Shown one piece after another: positions 1-8,111 of a stretch of 64,000 nucleotides of DNA. The notes beneath the pieces are model-generated. The model saw nothing but the letters and a program-made list of their open reading frames with translations. It ran no database searches and was not told where the DNA came from. The stretch spans positions 166,247 to 230,246 of the forward strand of contig JAWODC010000044.1 of assembly GCA_046483495.1 (NCBI GenBank), read 5' to 3'. This stretch comes from Desulfobacterales bacterium (GTDB lineage: Bacteria; Desulfobacterota; Desulfobacteria; Desulfobacterales; UBA5616). The translations under genes were made by a program, and so were the position numbers. Position 1 is the stretch's first letter. The number at the start of each line of letters is the position of its first letter.

Positions 1-349
1 TCTTCCTCAAATTTGTCAAGAACACGTCGGCGTGCTGAATCAAACGGTGAAATATGCGCCTGCCCTCATCGGTCTGGATATCCAGGCATATTCCTTTTTT
101 ATTACGATTTGACAGTTCGAACAAAAAGCTCCAATCAGCATCCGCTAGCATATCGAATTTTACAGCGCCCAATCCTTTTTGCAGCCGTTCGGGGTCGCCT
201 TCCAGGGATTCGACCTTGATCACCTCGGCTCCCATATCACCGAGAATGGCGCTTGCACCGGGGCCGGCATGCCAAATCGCGTATTCCACCATCCGGATTC
301 CCTCCAGGGGCCGGGGCATGGCGCTGCGGTGGTTCTGATCATCGAACAT
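1..349 (-). CDS. Family III CoA-transferase (CaiB/BaiF), N-terminal part, runs off left edge
   Basis: Not in the ORF track because it is truncated. Manual minus-strand translation gives MFDDQNHRSAMPRPLEGIRMVEYAIWHAGPGASAILGDMGAEVIKVE...ELSNRNKKGICLD...HADVFLTN, matching the CoA-transferase III N-terminal motifs. A GGAG RBS lies upstream; alternative start at 319. Confidence 0.88.
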   Translation of the reverse strand, partial: MFDDQNHRSAMPRPLEGIRMVEYAIWHAGPGASAILGDMGAEVIKVESLEGDPERLQKGLGAVKFDMLADADWSFLFELSNRNKKGICLDIQTDEGRRIFHRLIQHADVFLTNLRK

Positions 350-483
350 CAATTTTCTCCAAGAAATGAATGTAAGCGTTTCCAGCCTCGCTCTAAATAC
401 AATCCGAGTTTCTGCGTGTCAAGCCGAACCCCATAAATGGATTTTTTTGGAGGTTGAAATCTGTTATAGTATTTGGGTGGTTG

Positions 484-573
484 GGATCGTTTAAATCGTT
501 AGGATCGTTAGGATCGTTAGGATCGTTGGTATCGTTGGTATCGCTGGTATCGCTGGGGTCACTGGAATCGTTA
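484..573. repeat. Degenerate 9-bp tandem repeat (GGATCGTTR/GTATCGYTG), about 10 units
   Basis: ggatcgttt aaatcgtta ggatcgtta ggatcgtta ggatcgttg gtatcgttg gtatcgctg gtatcgctg gggtcactg gaatcgtta. Confidence 0.9.
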
Positions 574-631
574 TGGTGGTACAGTTTCGTTTTTGACCGG
601 ATGGATTTTGATATCGATTCGTAATGATATA

Positions 632-1114
632 ATGGAAAATGTAAAACGGTATTTGGAAGCAGAAGGTCTTCTCAGCTCCTTTTTTTCACGATTCAATTAT
701 TGCATCCCCTATTGTATTGCACCGCCGGGGCGGGCTCGGATTCCCACACCGGCCTGCTGCAGGAAACCGTACTACAAAGAATACGATACGGACCATCCCG
801 CGTTTGAATTGTTGAGGCATCAACGGGAAAAACGATACGGACGGCCGGAAGATTTTTTTTATACGAAACGGATCAGCCCCTGCGAATACCACACCCTGCA
901 CGGGTGCCGGTTGAAAACCCACAAAAGTCCGGTGTGCCTGAGCTTTATGTGCCGGGAAAGCATTTCCTTTTTAAGGGAGAGTTACCGTATCTTCGGCTAT
1001 GATTATCTGGGTGTTTATTATGCCTTGGAATGGATTTTGACCGGAACATTCACAGAAGAACAATTCACTGCATTCAAAAACACCTGTATTCACATGTTGG
1101 AAGGATTGGAATGA
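632..1114 (+). CDS. Hypothetical Cys-rich protein (possible Zn/Fe-S binding, YkgJ-like pattern)
   Basis: ORF 593..1114 with likely ATG at 632. Cys pattern CxxxC..CC..C..C..PxCxxFxC. Confidence 0.6.
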   Translation: MENVKRYLEAEGLLSSFFSRFNYCIPYCIAPPGRARIPTPACCRKPYYKEYDTDHPAFELLRHQREKRYGRPEDFFYTKRISPCEYHTLHGCRLKTHKSPVCLSFMCRESISFLRESYRIFGYDYLGVYYALEWILTGTFTEEQFTAFKNTCIHMLEGLE

Positions 1115-1188
1115 ACCTCGATCGAATGTTGCATTCGATAATGTTGCCGATCGATTCGTATGGTTTTCCGATCCCATTTCTCCCGGCA

Positions 1189-4100
1189 TTACCCGCGTTC
1201 TTTCAATCTTCGGCTGTGATCGAGCATCGGTTCGAAGAATCGAATAGCTGTCTGCTGGAATGTTCCTGATGACAGGAGGGATTCGAAATGGTGCGGCAAA
1301 AAGCATGTTCGAATGTAGGGATCTTCGGATTCACCTCGAAGAAATGCACTTCCGATCCATTTTGCCCGAGCCGCTTTCACCGCGGAAGCTTCCGGTAATC
1401 GTCTGCCGATGCGGTAATCCGCATAGGCAAACGATGTTTCCGGGAAAAAAACCAGAGGGCGCTTCATGCCTTCCCGATACAGCATTACCAGATCGGAAAG
1501 CAGATCAAGGGCATTCAGCGGCTTTTGAAAGGTCCAAATGACATCCTTTCCAATCAGAATGGTCTTATCAAACCCGCCGTCCGTTTCAGCGGCGCAGCAG
1601 ACGATATGTGCAATCCATGCATCGACGATATATCCCGCCTTGATGTTTGTACAGGAAGCCTTCACCCGATCCGCCGCATACCGTTCGTCAATATGCCCGG
1701 TAATCGTATATTCACCGACGGCCAATCGGAAAGGCAGGGCCTCTTCCGACGGTCGGTCCAGGTGCTCGTTGACCTTTCGGCGAAATTCCGCCACATCTGC
1801 GGCAAGACTGCTGAATGCCGCCATGCCGGTGCTGCCGTGCGGAATTCTTCCGGCAGCCGCTTCAAGTTCCAGGCGGTGCAGCAGGTTCTCGTTTTCTCCG
1901 GATGCGCGAAACAAGTCCTGCTCCAGACAATACCGATCCAGACCGTTGAGTTCGAAAAGCTCTTTTTCATCACAATCCCACAGTTCATCGTCCAGATGAA
2001 TGCCCAGACGCTCCTGAAGAAAAAACCGTGCCGGATGCTTGAAAAAACGCGACAGCGATTCCAGCGCTATGATATTGGAGGCATTCGCCGGCACGGGCAG
2101 TTCATCCCGGATAAAGCCGCATTGAACCGGTCCGCTTTTCCGGCGGTCCTCGGCCGCGCGACAGGCGTTGAAATCCTCTTCTGAATAGCTGAACAGATTC
2201 GGGTCACCTGAAAAATACCGCTCGGAGAATGCTTGCAGGGGATGGTGAACCCGAATGTCGGATTCGGAGCAATTACATCCGTCAATCAGATAATCCATAA
2301 GGTCGCTGACCACCACAGAAGGAGGAATTCGCGTGTTGTCGAATGGACTTTGCCCCACATAGCTGATATGGAGTCTTTCTTCGGCGGACATAAGCGCCTG
2401 CAGAAAAAGGTATTTGTCATCATCCCGCTTTGTTCTGTCCCCCGGCCTCGGATTCGCCGCAATCCGATCGAAGCCGAGTGGCGCTTCATTTCTCGGAAAT
2501 GCATCGAAGTTCATCCCGATCAGGCAAACAACATCAGCCGGTATACTTCTCAACGGCAGCATGGAACAAAAGGTCACACCCATTGATCCACCTCCCGCTT
2601 TTTCGCCTCTTTTGGCCAGATACTGCTGCAAAAAAGACTTGACCACCGATAACGGTATGCACCGGCTGCATCCGGAAACCTCAAAAGCAGTCGAGAGGCG
2701 TGCCAATGCCTGAAACACGATACGGCTGTCTTCTTCATATTGCGGATTGCCGCCAAAAAATGCCTCGAGCAATTCCTTCAATACCTCGACCCATTGACCG
2801 AGGGTCCGTTTTTCTTCCAAATCGCTTTTGGCCTTTACCAGTCTTTCAAAAAATTGGAGAAAATTGCCTAATACGCGTGTTTCTTCCCCTTCGATATCAT
2901 CATATGGCAGAATCCCGGCAAACAAGTGACGATTATCTCCCGGCATGGCATAGCCCAGCAAAAGCCTGTCCAAACCCGCGCGCCATGTGTTTTCGTTCAA
3001 TTCCGGGAGACCCAGTTCCGCTCGGTGAGTCCCGTCGATGCCCCACTTGATGCGGGTCCCGTTCAGCCATTTTTCAATCAGGGCCGAATTCTGCTCCCCG
3101 ATTCCAAAGGTTTCCATGATGCCGGGGATGTCCAGCAATCGCATTACCTCTTTGCGGCCGAAACGGCTGTCTGAGATGTCAAGCAGTGACATGAACCCAT
3201 TCACCAGGCGATTCCCGGTTAATACGTTTTGATCCCATATACGGAATGGAATTCGAATACGCCCATCCGTTTGCGCATCGAAAACCGCGTGTATAAAGGG
3301 AGCGTACGCGTCAATATCCGGCGCCATCACCAGAAAATCGTTCGGTGCAAGTGACGGGTTCTCTTCGATCATTGCCAGTATCTCATTATGAAGCACTTCG
3401 ATTTCCCGAAGGGGTCCGTGACAGGAATGGATCCGGATGTTTAACGGAATTTGCGCGGCGGCGCCCCCCGGCACCGCTGTCCCTTCCATGCCGCAGCCCC
3501 CCGTCCGATCCCGAAGGTTAAGCATATCGGATTGCACACATCCTAAAACAGTACCTTCACCGATATCCTCGAACATATCGAAATCGACGGCTACCAGTTC
3601 GCTGATGCGGGAAAAAAATTCTCTGCCCATGGCCCCGAAATTGCCAAGCAGGGGATTTCCTTTTTCCAGGTGGTCGTCATATGTGCCACGACCTTTCAAT
3701 CTGTCCTGAATATGCCTGATTTCCTTTTCAGTGACGATATCGGACCAATATTCACGACACGGATTGAGAAGAAAGAGATTAATGCGGATGTGATTGGAAA
3801 GAGCGTCCAATATCTCCAGATGAAAAGAAGTCAGGTAGGAAACACCGAATACGGAAACCCGGTGCGGGAGAACGCAGGTGCGGCATTCACTCCGCTTGGA
3901 AAGCGCATCAAAAAACCGCCTGCGAAGACCGGCACGATGATGGTTTTCGTTTCCCCGTGACAAGCGCCGCCACAATTCGGCCTGCCAGTGCTGATCGAAA
4001 CCCGCCTCCCAGGAGGACATCATTTCGGGACGAAACAGCAGATACCGATTGTAAGCATCGGCAAGTTTGCCTGATAATCGGTACAGCTTCATACCGGTGG

Positions 4101-4458
4101 GATCATCCGCCAAATACCCCCTGATCTCCCGAAAATCGTTTTGATTCAAGAGCGACGGAAGGGTGTTCATGATGTGGAAGGTCAACATGTCCGGTTCGAA
4201 CAGCAGGCCGGATTGGGGTTTCAAACCAGCATTTTCAAACAAAAACCATAAAAAATCATGAGGAAAATAATAGGTGATATTGGCGCAGACAGCATTCATC
4301 TCCGCCAACTTCATGGAGACCCACTGTTCCATGCCCCGTCCATGAACGACGATCACTTCCGGGGCCAACGGATTTTCGGTGGGTTCGGAAACAATTTCGG
4401 CCAGCTTCTCCGACAATCGCTCCAATCGGTTACCGGCATAAATAAAGAGTTCCTTCAT
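1189..4458 (-). CDS. recC: Exodeoxyribonuclease V gamma subunit
   Basis: 1089 aa. N-terminal GNRLERL...PEVIVVHGRGMEQW, NPCREYW, NPLL..G..GREF, HSCHGPLREIEVLH, VMAPDI, WRAGLDRLLLGYAM, HPLQAFS are typical RecC motifs. Confidence 0.95.
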   Translation of the reverse strand: MKELFIYAGNRLERLSEKLAEIVSEPTENPLAPEVIVVHGRGMEQWVSMKLAEMNAVCANITYYFPHDFLWFLFENAGLKPQSGLLFEPDMLTFHIMNTLPSLLNQNDFREIRGYLADDPTGMKLYRLSGKLADAYNRYLLFRPEMMSSWEAGFDQHWQAELWRRLSRGNENHHRAGLRRRFFDALSKRSECRTCVLPHRVSVFGVSYLTSFHLEILDALSNHIRINLFLLNPCREYWSDIVTEKEIRHIQDRLKGRGTYDDHLEKGNPLLGNFGAMGREFFSRISELVAVDFDMFEDIGEGTVLGCVQSDMLNLRDRTGGCGMEGTAVPGGAAAQIPLNIRIHSCHGPLREIEVLHNEILAMIEENPSLAPNDFLVMAPDIDAYAPFIHAVFDAQTDGRIRIPFRIWDQNVLTGNRLVNGFMSLLDISDSRFGRKEVMRLLDIPGIMETFGIGEQNSALIEKWLNGTRIKWGIDGTHRAELGLPELNENTWRAGLDRLLLGYAMPGDNRHLFAGILPYDDIEGEETRVLGNFLQFFERLVKAKSDLEEKRTLGQWVEVLKELLEAFFGGNPQYEEDSRIVFQALARLSTAFEVSGCSRCIPLSVVKSFLQQYLAKRGEKAGGGSMGVTFCSMLPLRSIPADVVCLIGMNFDAFPRNEAPLGFDRIAANPRPGDRTKRDDDKYLFLQALMSAEERLHISYVGQSPFDNTRIPPSVVVSDLMDYLIDGCNCSESDIRVHHPLQAFSERYFSGDPNLFSYSEEDFNACRAAEDRRKSGPVQCGFIRDELPVPANASNIIALESLSRFFKHPARFFLQERLGIHLDDELWDCDEKELFELNGLDRYCLEQDLFRASGENENLLHRLELEAAAGRIPHGSTGMAAFSSLAADVAEFRRKVNEHLDRPSEEALPFRLAVGEYTITGHIDERYAADRVKASCTNIKAGYIVDAWIAHIVCCAAETDGGFDKTILIGKDVIWTFQKPLNALDLLSDLVMLYREGMKRPLVFFPETSFAYADYRIGRRLPEASAVKAARAKWIGSAFLRGESEDPYIRTCFLPHHFESLLSSGTFQQTAIRFFEPMLDHSRRLKERG

Positions 4459-4648
4459 AGAGGAATGTTTCTATTTTAAAATATCGTTGAGGAATTTGCA
4501 GCAGCGCTGCATTGAACCCAATCGTTTAAACCAACGGGGTTGTTTTCGGAAGGGTATACACTATCCTCGACCGATTGATCAATCACTGAAAAAAACGGGC
4601 GGGGTGATAACATAAAAGAAGGGTCTTGATTTTTGGAAGATTTTTATT

Positions 4649-4795
4649 TAGTGTCCATCCAGAAATGAGAAAATTCGATTCAGTTCAAGGCGGCTGACAA
4701 ATTTTAACCGCATGAATACATTGAGTATTTTGAGGATTAAAATTTTTCGGCCAACGCCGAAATGGAGCGAATCAGCCATTTCTGGATGGACACTA
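4649..4795. mobile_element. MITE-like non-autonomous element, 147 bp, 19-bp perfect terminal inverted repeats
   Basis: TAGTGTCCATCCAGAAATG (4649-4667) and its reverse complement CATTTCTGGATGGACACTA (4777-4795). TATTTA direct repeat at 4645-4650 and 4794-4799. No ORF. Related copies at 47911 and 48034. Confidence 0.75.
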
Positions 4796-4810
4796 TTTAG
4801 GTTGTTACAA

Positions 4811-4990
4811 CAGTCGCTCGGCACGAGCTATTAAGGGGAAACCCTGTGAAATTCAGGGACGGGCCCGCCACTGTGACCCCGGTCCGGTAAAACCGGTTTG
4901 GTTGACGGGAACGCTTTTTGTCGTTGTACGCCTCTGTTTCAAGCGACGAAAAAGAGCCGGGCAACCGGGGAAGTCAGAAAACCTGACTGA
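4811..4990 (+). ncRNA. Cobalamin riboswitch
   Basis: Conserved cores AAGGGGAA, GTGAAATTC, GGGCCCGCCACTGTGA and B12-box-like AAGTCAGAAAACCTG, located upstream of a btuFCD-like operon. Confidence 0.9.
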
Positions 4991-5067
4991 ATGAGACCTT
5001 CAACCGCAGGGTCTCGCTGATAAGCACCTCCGCGGACCGAGGAAGAGAACGTATCTTGGGGAAATAC

Positions 5068-5102
5068 AGCCCGGATCGACGCCGTTGGTCCGGGTTTTTT
5101 TT
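5068..5102 (+). terminator. Intrinsic terminator in riboswitch leader (expression platform)
   Basis: Hairpin cccggatcga...ttggtccggg followed by T8, just before the btuF start. Confidence 0.7.
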
Positions 5103-5112
5103 GGAATAGGAT

Positions 5113-6021
5113 ATGATGCCGGCTCCCAACAAGAATGTATGCATCGCATTGGGCCTGATGATCGTCTTCATTGCTCAATCGGCTGTTGTGTATGCCGACC
5201 GGCGGGTCACCGACCAGCTTGGACGGACGATAACCTTTCCGGACAACCCCAAACGCATCGTTTCCATGGCTCCCAATATTACGGAAATCATGTATGCGTT
5301 GAACCAACAGCATCGGCTGGTCGGTGCAACGCTTTTTTCGGATTATCCGCCTGAGGCCGAAGAAATTCCCAAAGTCGGCTCGTATGTCCATTTGGACATC
5401 GAACGAATCGTCGCACTGCAACCCGACCTGTGTTTTGCCACGAAGGACGGCAATCCCATTGAAGTTGTGGGCATGCTCGATTCAATGGATATTCCCGTCT
5501 ATGCCGTCAATCCACGGAATTTGGATACGGTGATGAAAACGCTGCTGGAAATAGGCGCCCTGTTGAATGCGGAAGCAAATGCTCAACGGGTCGTCTCTCA
5601 GATGAAAAAGCGAATACAACGCGTGACGAAACGTGTCGCGCATGCCGATTCGCGACCGAAGGTTTTTTGCCAGATCGGCATCAATCCGATTGTCTCCGCG
5701 GGAACCGATACCTGCATTCACGAACTGATCGAAATGGCGGGCGGGAAAAATATTGCCGAAGGGCCTGTTCCTTATCCACGGTTTTCCCGCGAACAAATTC
5801 TCAGCCTGGCGCCGGATATTTTTATCATTACTTCCATGGCCAGGGGCGCCGTATTTGAATCGGTTCAATCCGATTGGAAAAAATTCCCAAGCATACCGGC
5901 CGTTCGCAACCATCGCATCATGCTGGTCAACTCCAACATCCTGGACCGGCCCACACCACGGCTCGTAGACGGCCTCGAAATGCTTGCCCGGATCATCCAT
6001 CCCGTTATATTCAAGGAATAA
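5113..6021 (+). CDS. btuF: Cobalamin ABC transporter periplasmic binding protein
   Basis: Signal peptide, PKRIVSMAPNITE, ERIVALQPDL, RPTPRL; downstream of a cobalamin riboswitch. Confidence 0.88.
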   Translation: MMPAPNKNVCIALGLMIVFIAQSAVVYADRRVTDQLGRTITFPDNPKRIVSMAPNITEIMYALNQQHRLVGATLFSDYPPEAEEIPKVGSYVHLDIERIVALQPDLCFATKDGNPIEVVGMLDSMDIPVYAVNPRNLDTVMKTLLEIGALLNAEANAQRVVSQMKKRIQRVTKRVAHADSRPKVFCQIGINPIVSAGTDTCIHELIEMAGGKNIAEGPVPYPRFSREQILSLAPDIFIITSMARGAVFESVQSDWKKFPSIPAVRNHRIMLVNSNILDRPTPRLVDGLEMLARIIHPVIFKE

Positions 6022-6028
6022 AAAGACG

Positions 6029-7039
6029 ATGCGCCGCTCAAATCCAGCCGTTGTAAACCGTTTGCTCCCGGTTCTGATACTGTCGGGAGCCTTGCTTGCA
6101 GCGGCCATGGTGGTCGGCATTTCGCTGGGGTCCTCCCAGAACGTTTTTCCGGCCATTCTGAATGCCGTTTTCAAAAAGATCGAACTGGATCCCCTGACCG
6201 AGACCATTATTTGGCGAATCCGGTTTCCCAGGGTGCTGCTGGCCGCCCTTGTGGGTGCGGTTCTCTCTTTGGGCGGATTGGTATTTCAGGCCCTGCTGAG
6301 GAATCCGCTGGCGGAGCCGTATATACTCGGCATATCCGGAGGATCGGCGATCGGCGCGATATTAGGCATTCTCATGGGGTTGGCCCGTTTTCCGGGAGTT
6401 TGCCTGACGGCATTCATCGGAAGTATGGCGACGCTTGCCCTGATTTTAATCATGTCTTCGGGACAATCCCTCGTCAAGCGCGATGCTCTGCTGTTGTCCG
6501 GTGTCATGGTGAACGCTTTTTGTTCCGCCGTGATTATGTTTCTGGTTTCCATGACGCATGATGCCAGGCTGCACAACATCATTTTTTGGCTGATGGGCGA
6601 TCTTTCCATGAGCAGTTTACCTCAAATCGGGATATTAGCGGCCGTCAACATCCCGTGCTTCGTCCTTATTTTCGCCTTGTCCCATAAAATGAACCTGCTG
6701 ATAATGGGGCGGGAAACGGCCCGGACCATGGGCGTACACTATACTGCTGTTGCGCTTACGCTGTTGATTGCCACGTCGTTTACAGTCAGTGTAACGGTTT
6801 CCTTCTGCGGGCTTTTAGGCTTTGTAGGGTTGGTGATGCCCCACCTGCTGAGATTGGTGTTGGGGCCGGACCACCGCATTCTCGTACCGGCATGCCTGTT
6901 GGGCGGTGGCGCATTCATGATCATATGCGATACGCTGGCGCGTGTTCTTCCCCGCCAGGGGGAAATGCCGACCGGTGTCATTACCGCCATGATCGGGGCG
7001 CCTGTCTTCATTGTCCTGTTGAAGAGATCGAGATCATGA
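6029..7039 (+). CDS. btuC: Cobalamin/FecCD-family ABC permease
   Basis: IRFPRVLLA, QALLRNPLAEPYILGISGG, FVGLVMPH, GEMPTGVITA. Likely ATG at 6029. Confidence 0.9.
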   Translation: MRRSNPAVVNRLLPVLILSGALLAAAMVVGISLGSSQNVFPAILNAVFKKIELDPLTETIIWRIRFPRVLLAALVGAVLSLGGLVFQALLRNPLAEPYILGISGGSAIGAILGILMGLARFPGVCLTAFIGSMATLALILIMSSGQSLVKRDALLLSGVMVNAFCSAVIMFLVSMTHDARLHNIIFWLMGDLSMSSLPQIGILAAVNIPCFVLIFALSHKMNLLIMGRETARTMGVHYTAVALTLLIATSFTVSVTVSFCGLLGFVGLVMPHLLRLVLGPDHRILVPACLLGGGAFMIICDTLARVLPRQGEMPTGVITAMIGAPVFIVLLKRSRS

Positions 7040-7836
7040 AAAATCCGGTGATCGACATTAAAGACATCGCGTTTTCTTACGAAAATGAACCCATTCTAAA
7101 CGATATTACCTTCAGGGTTGCGCCCAATGAATTTTTCATCATCATCGGCCCAAACGGATCAGGCAAATCGACTCTTTTGAAGCTGATTTCAGGCCTTCTC
7201 GAGCCGCTATCCGGCCATATCGATATCGGGAGCATACCACTGAAGCACTACTCCAGAAAGGCCCTCGCCCGAAAAATCGCCCTTGTGCCGCAAATCTCAT
7301 CCGTGGATTTTCCCTTCACCGTTTTGGAAGTCGTCCTCATGGGGCGGGCACCGCATCTGGGCATGCTGGGGCTCGAGCAAAAACAGGATGTCGAGATTGC
7401 CTGGCGCTCTCTCGAATTTACCGGAATCGCTCCGTTGGCATACCGGAAGGTGACCCGGCTAAGCGGCGGCGAACAGCAGCGGGTATTTATCGCGCGGGCC
7501 ATTTGCCAGGAGCCCGAAATTATTCTCCTGGACGAACCTACCGCCGCTCTCGATTTAGCCCACCAGATTCGGGTGATGGACTTGATGGAGCAGCTCAAGG
7601 CGGAAAAAGGGATTACGATTGTCATGGTATCGCATGATGTGAATCTCGCCGCGATGTATGGCGAACGCCTGCTGCTGTTAAAATCAGGACACATTGTCCG
7701 GGCCGGTCATCCCCGCGAGGTGATTACGTACGATATTCTTGAAAAAGCCTACGGGTGCACTCTGCTGGTGGATGAAAGTCCTCTGGGAAATTTTCCAAGA
7801 ATAACGCAGGTTCCTAAAAAATACCTCGCCCCGTAA
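7036..7836 (+). CDS. btuD: Cobalamin ABC transporter ATP-binding protein
   Basis: Walker A GPNGSGKS, LSGGEQQR, LLDEPT. ATGA overlap with the permease stop. Confidence 0.9.
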   Translation: MKNPVIDIKDIAFSYENEPILNDITFRVAPNEFFIIIGPNGSGKSTLLKLISGLLEPLSGHIDIGSIPLKHYSRKALARKIALVPQISSVDFPFTVLEVVLMGRAPHLGMLGLEQKQDVEIAWRSLEFTGIAPLAYRKVTRLSGGEQQRVFIARAICQEPEIILLDEPTAALDLAHQIRVMDLMEQLKAEKGITIVMVSHDVNLAAMYGERLLLLKSGHIVRAGHPREVITYDILEKAYGCTLLVDESPLGNFPRITQVPKKYLAP

Positions 7837-7840
7837 TTTT

Positions 7841-7930
7841 CGACCCCGATCCCGACCCCGATCCCGATCCCGATCCCGACCCCGATCCCGATCCCGATCC
7901 CGATACTGATCCCGATACTGATACTGATTT
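7841..7930. repeat. 6-bp tandem repeat (CGATCC/CGACCC/YGATAC), 15 units
   Basis: Read directly; contains 8 GATC sites; immediately after the btuD stop. Confidence 0.95.
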
Positions 7931-8030
7931 TTTAAAGTATTATCTGTTCCGATTGGTTGACGGATACCCGTAAGTAATCGTGATGTATGGGATATCAACT
8001 CGGCTTGTAGTCATCGGCCGGGATTTTTTC

Positions 8031-8082
8031 TTGACAAGGCGGCACGGAGTGTATATTTTTAAAAATCGAGCGCTCGCTCATT
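8031..8082 (+). promoter_or_regulatory. Sigma70-like promoter with adjacent palindromic operator
   Basis: TTGACA at 8031, TATATTTT at 8052-8059, inverted repeat GAGCG-N2-CGCTC at 8068-8079. Confidence 0.55.
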
Positions 8083-8111
8083 TATGGTTAAGTATCTGTG
8101 AACACTAATTT

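Noticed and set aside
484..573. Possible CRISPR array
   Set aside because: Units are 9 bp and contiguous, with no unique spacers and no cas genes.
7684..7998. ORF with RDRDRG repeats
   Set aside because: Translation artefact of the hexamer microsatellite; overlaps btuD on the antisense strand.
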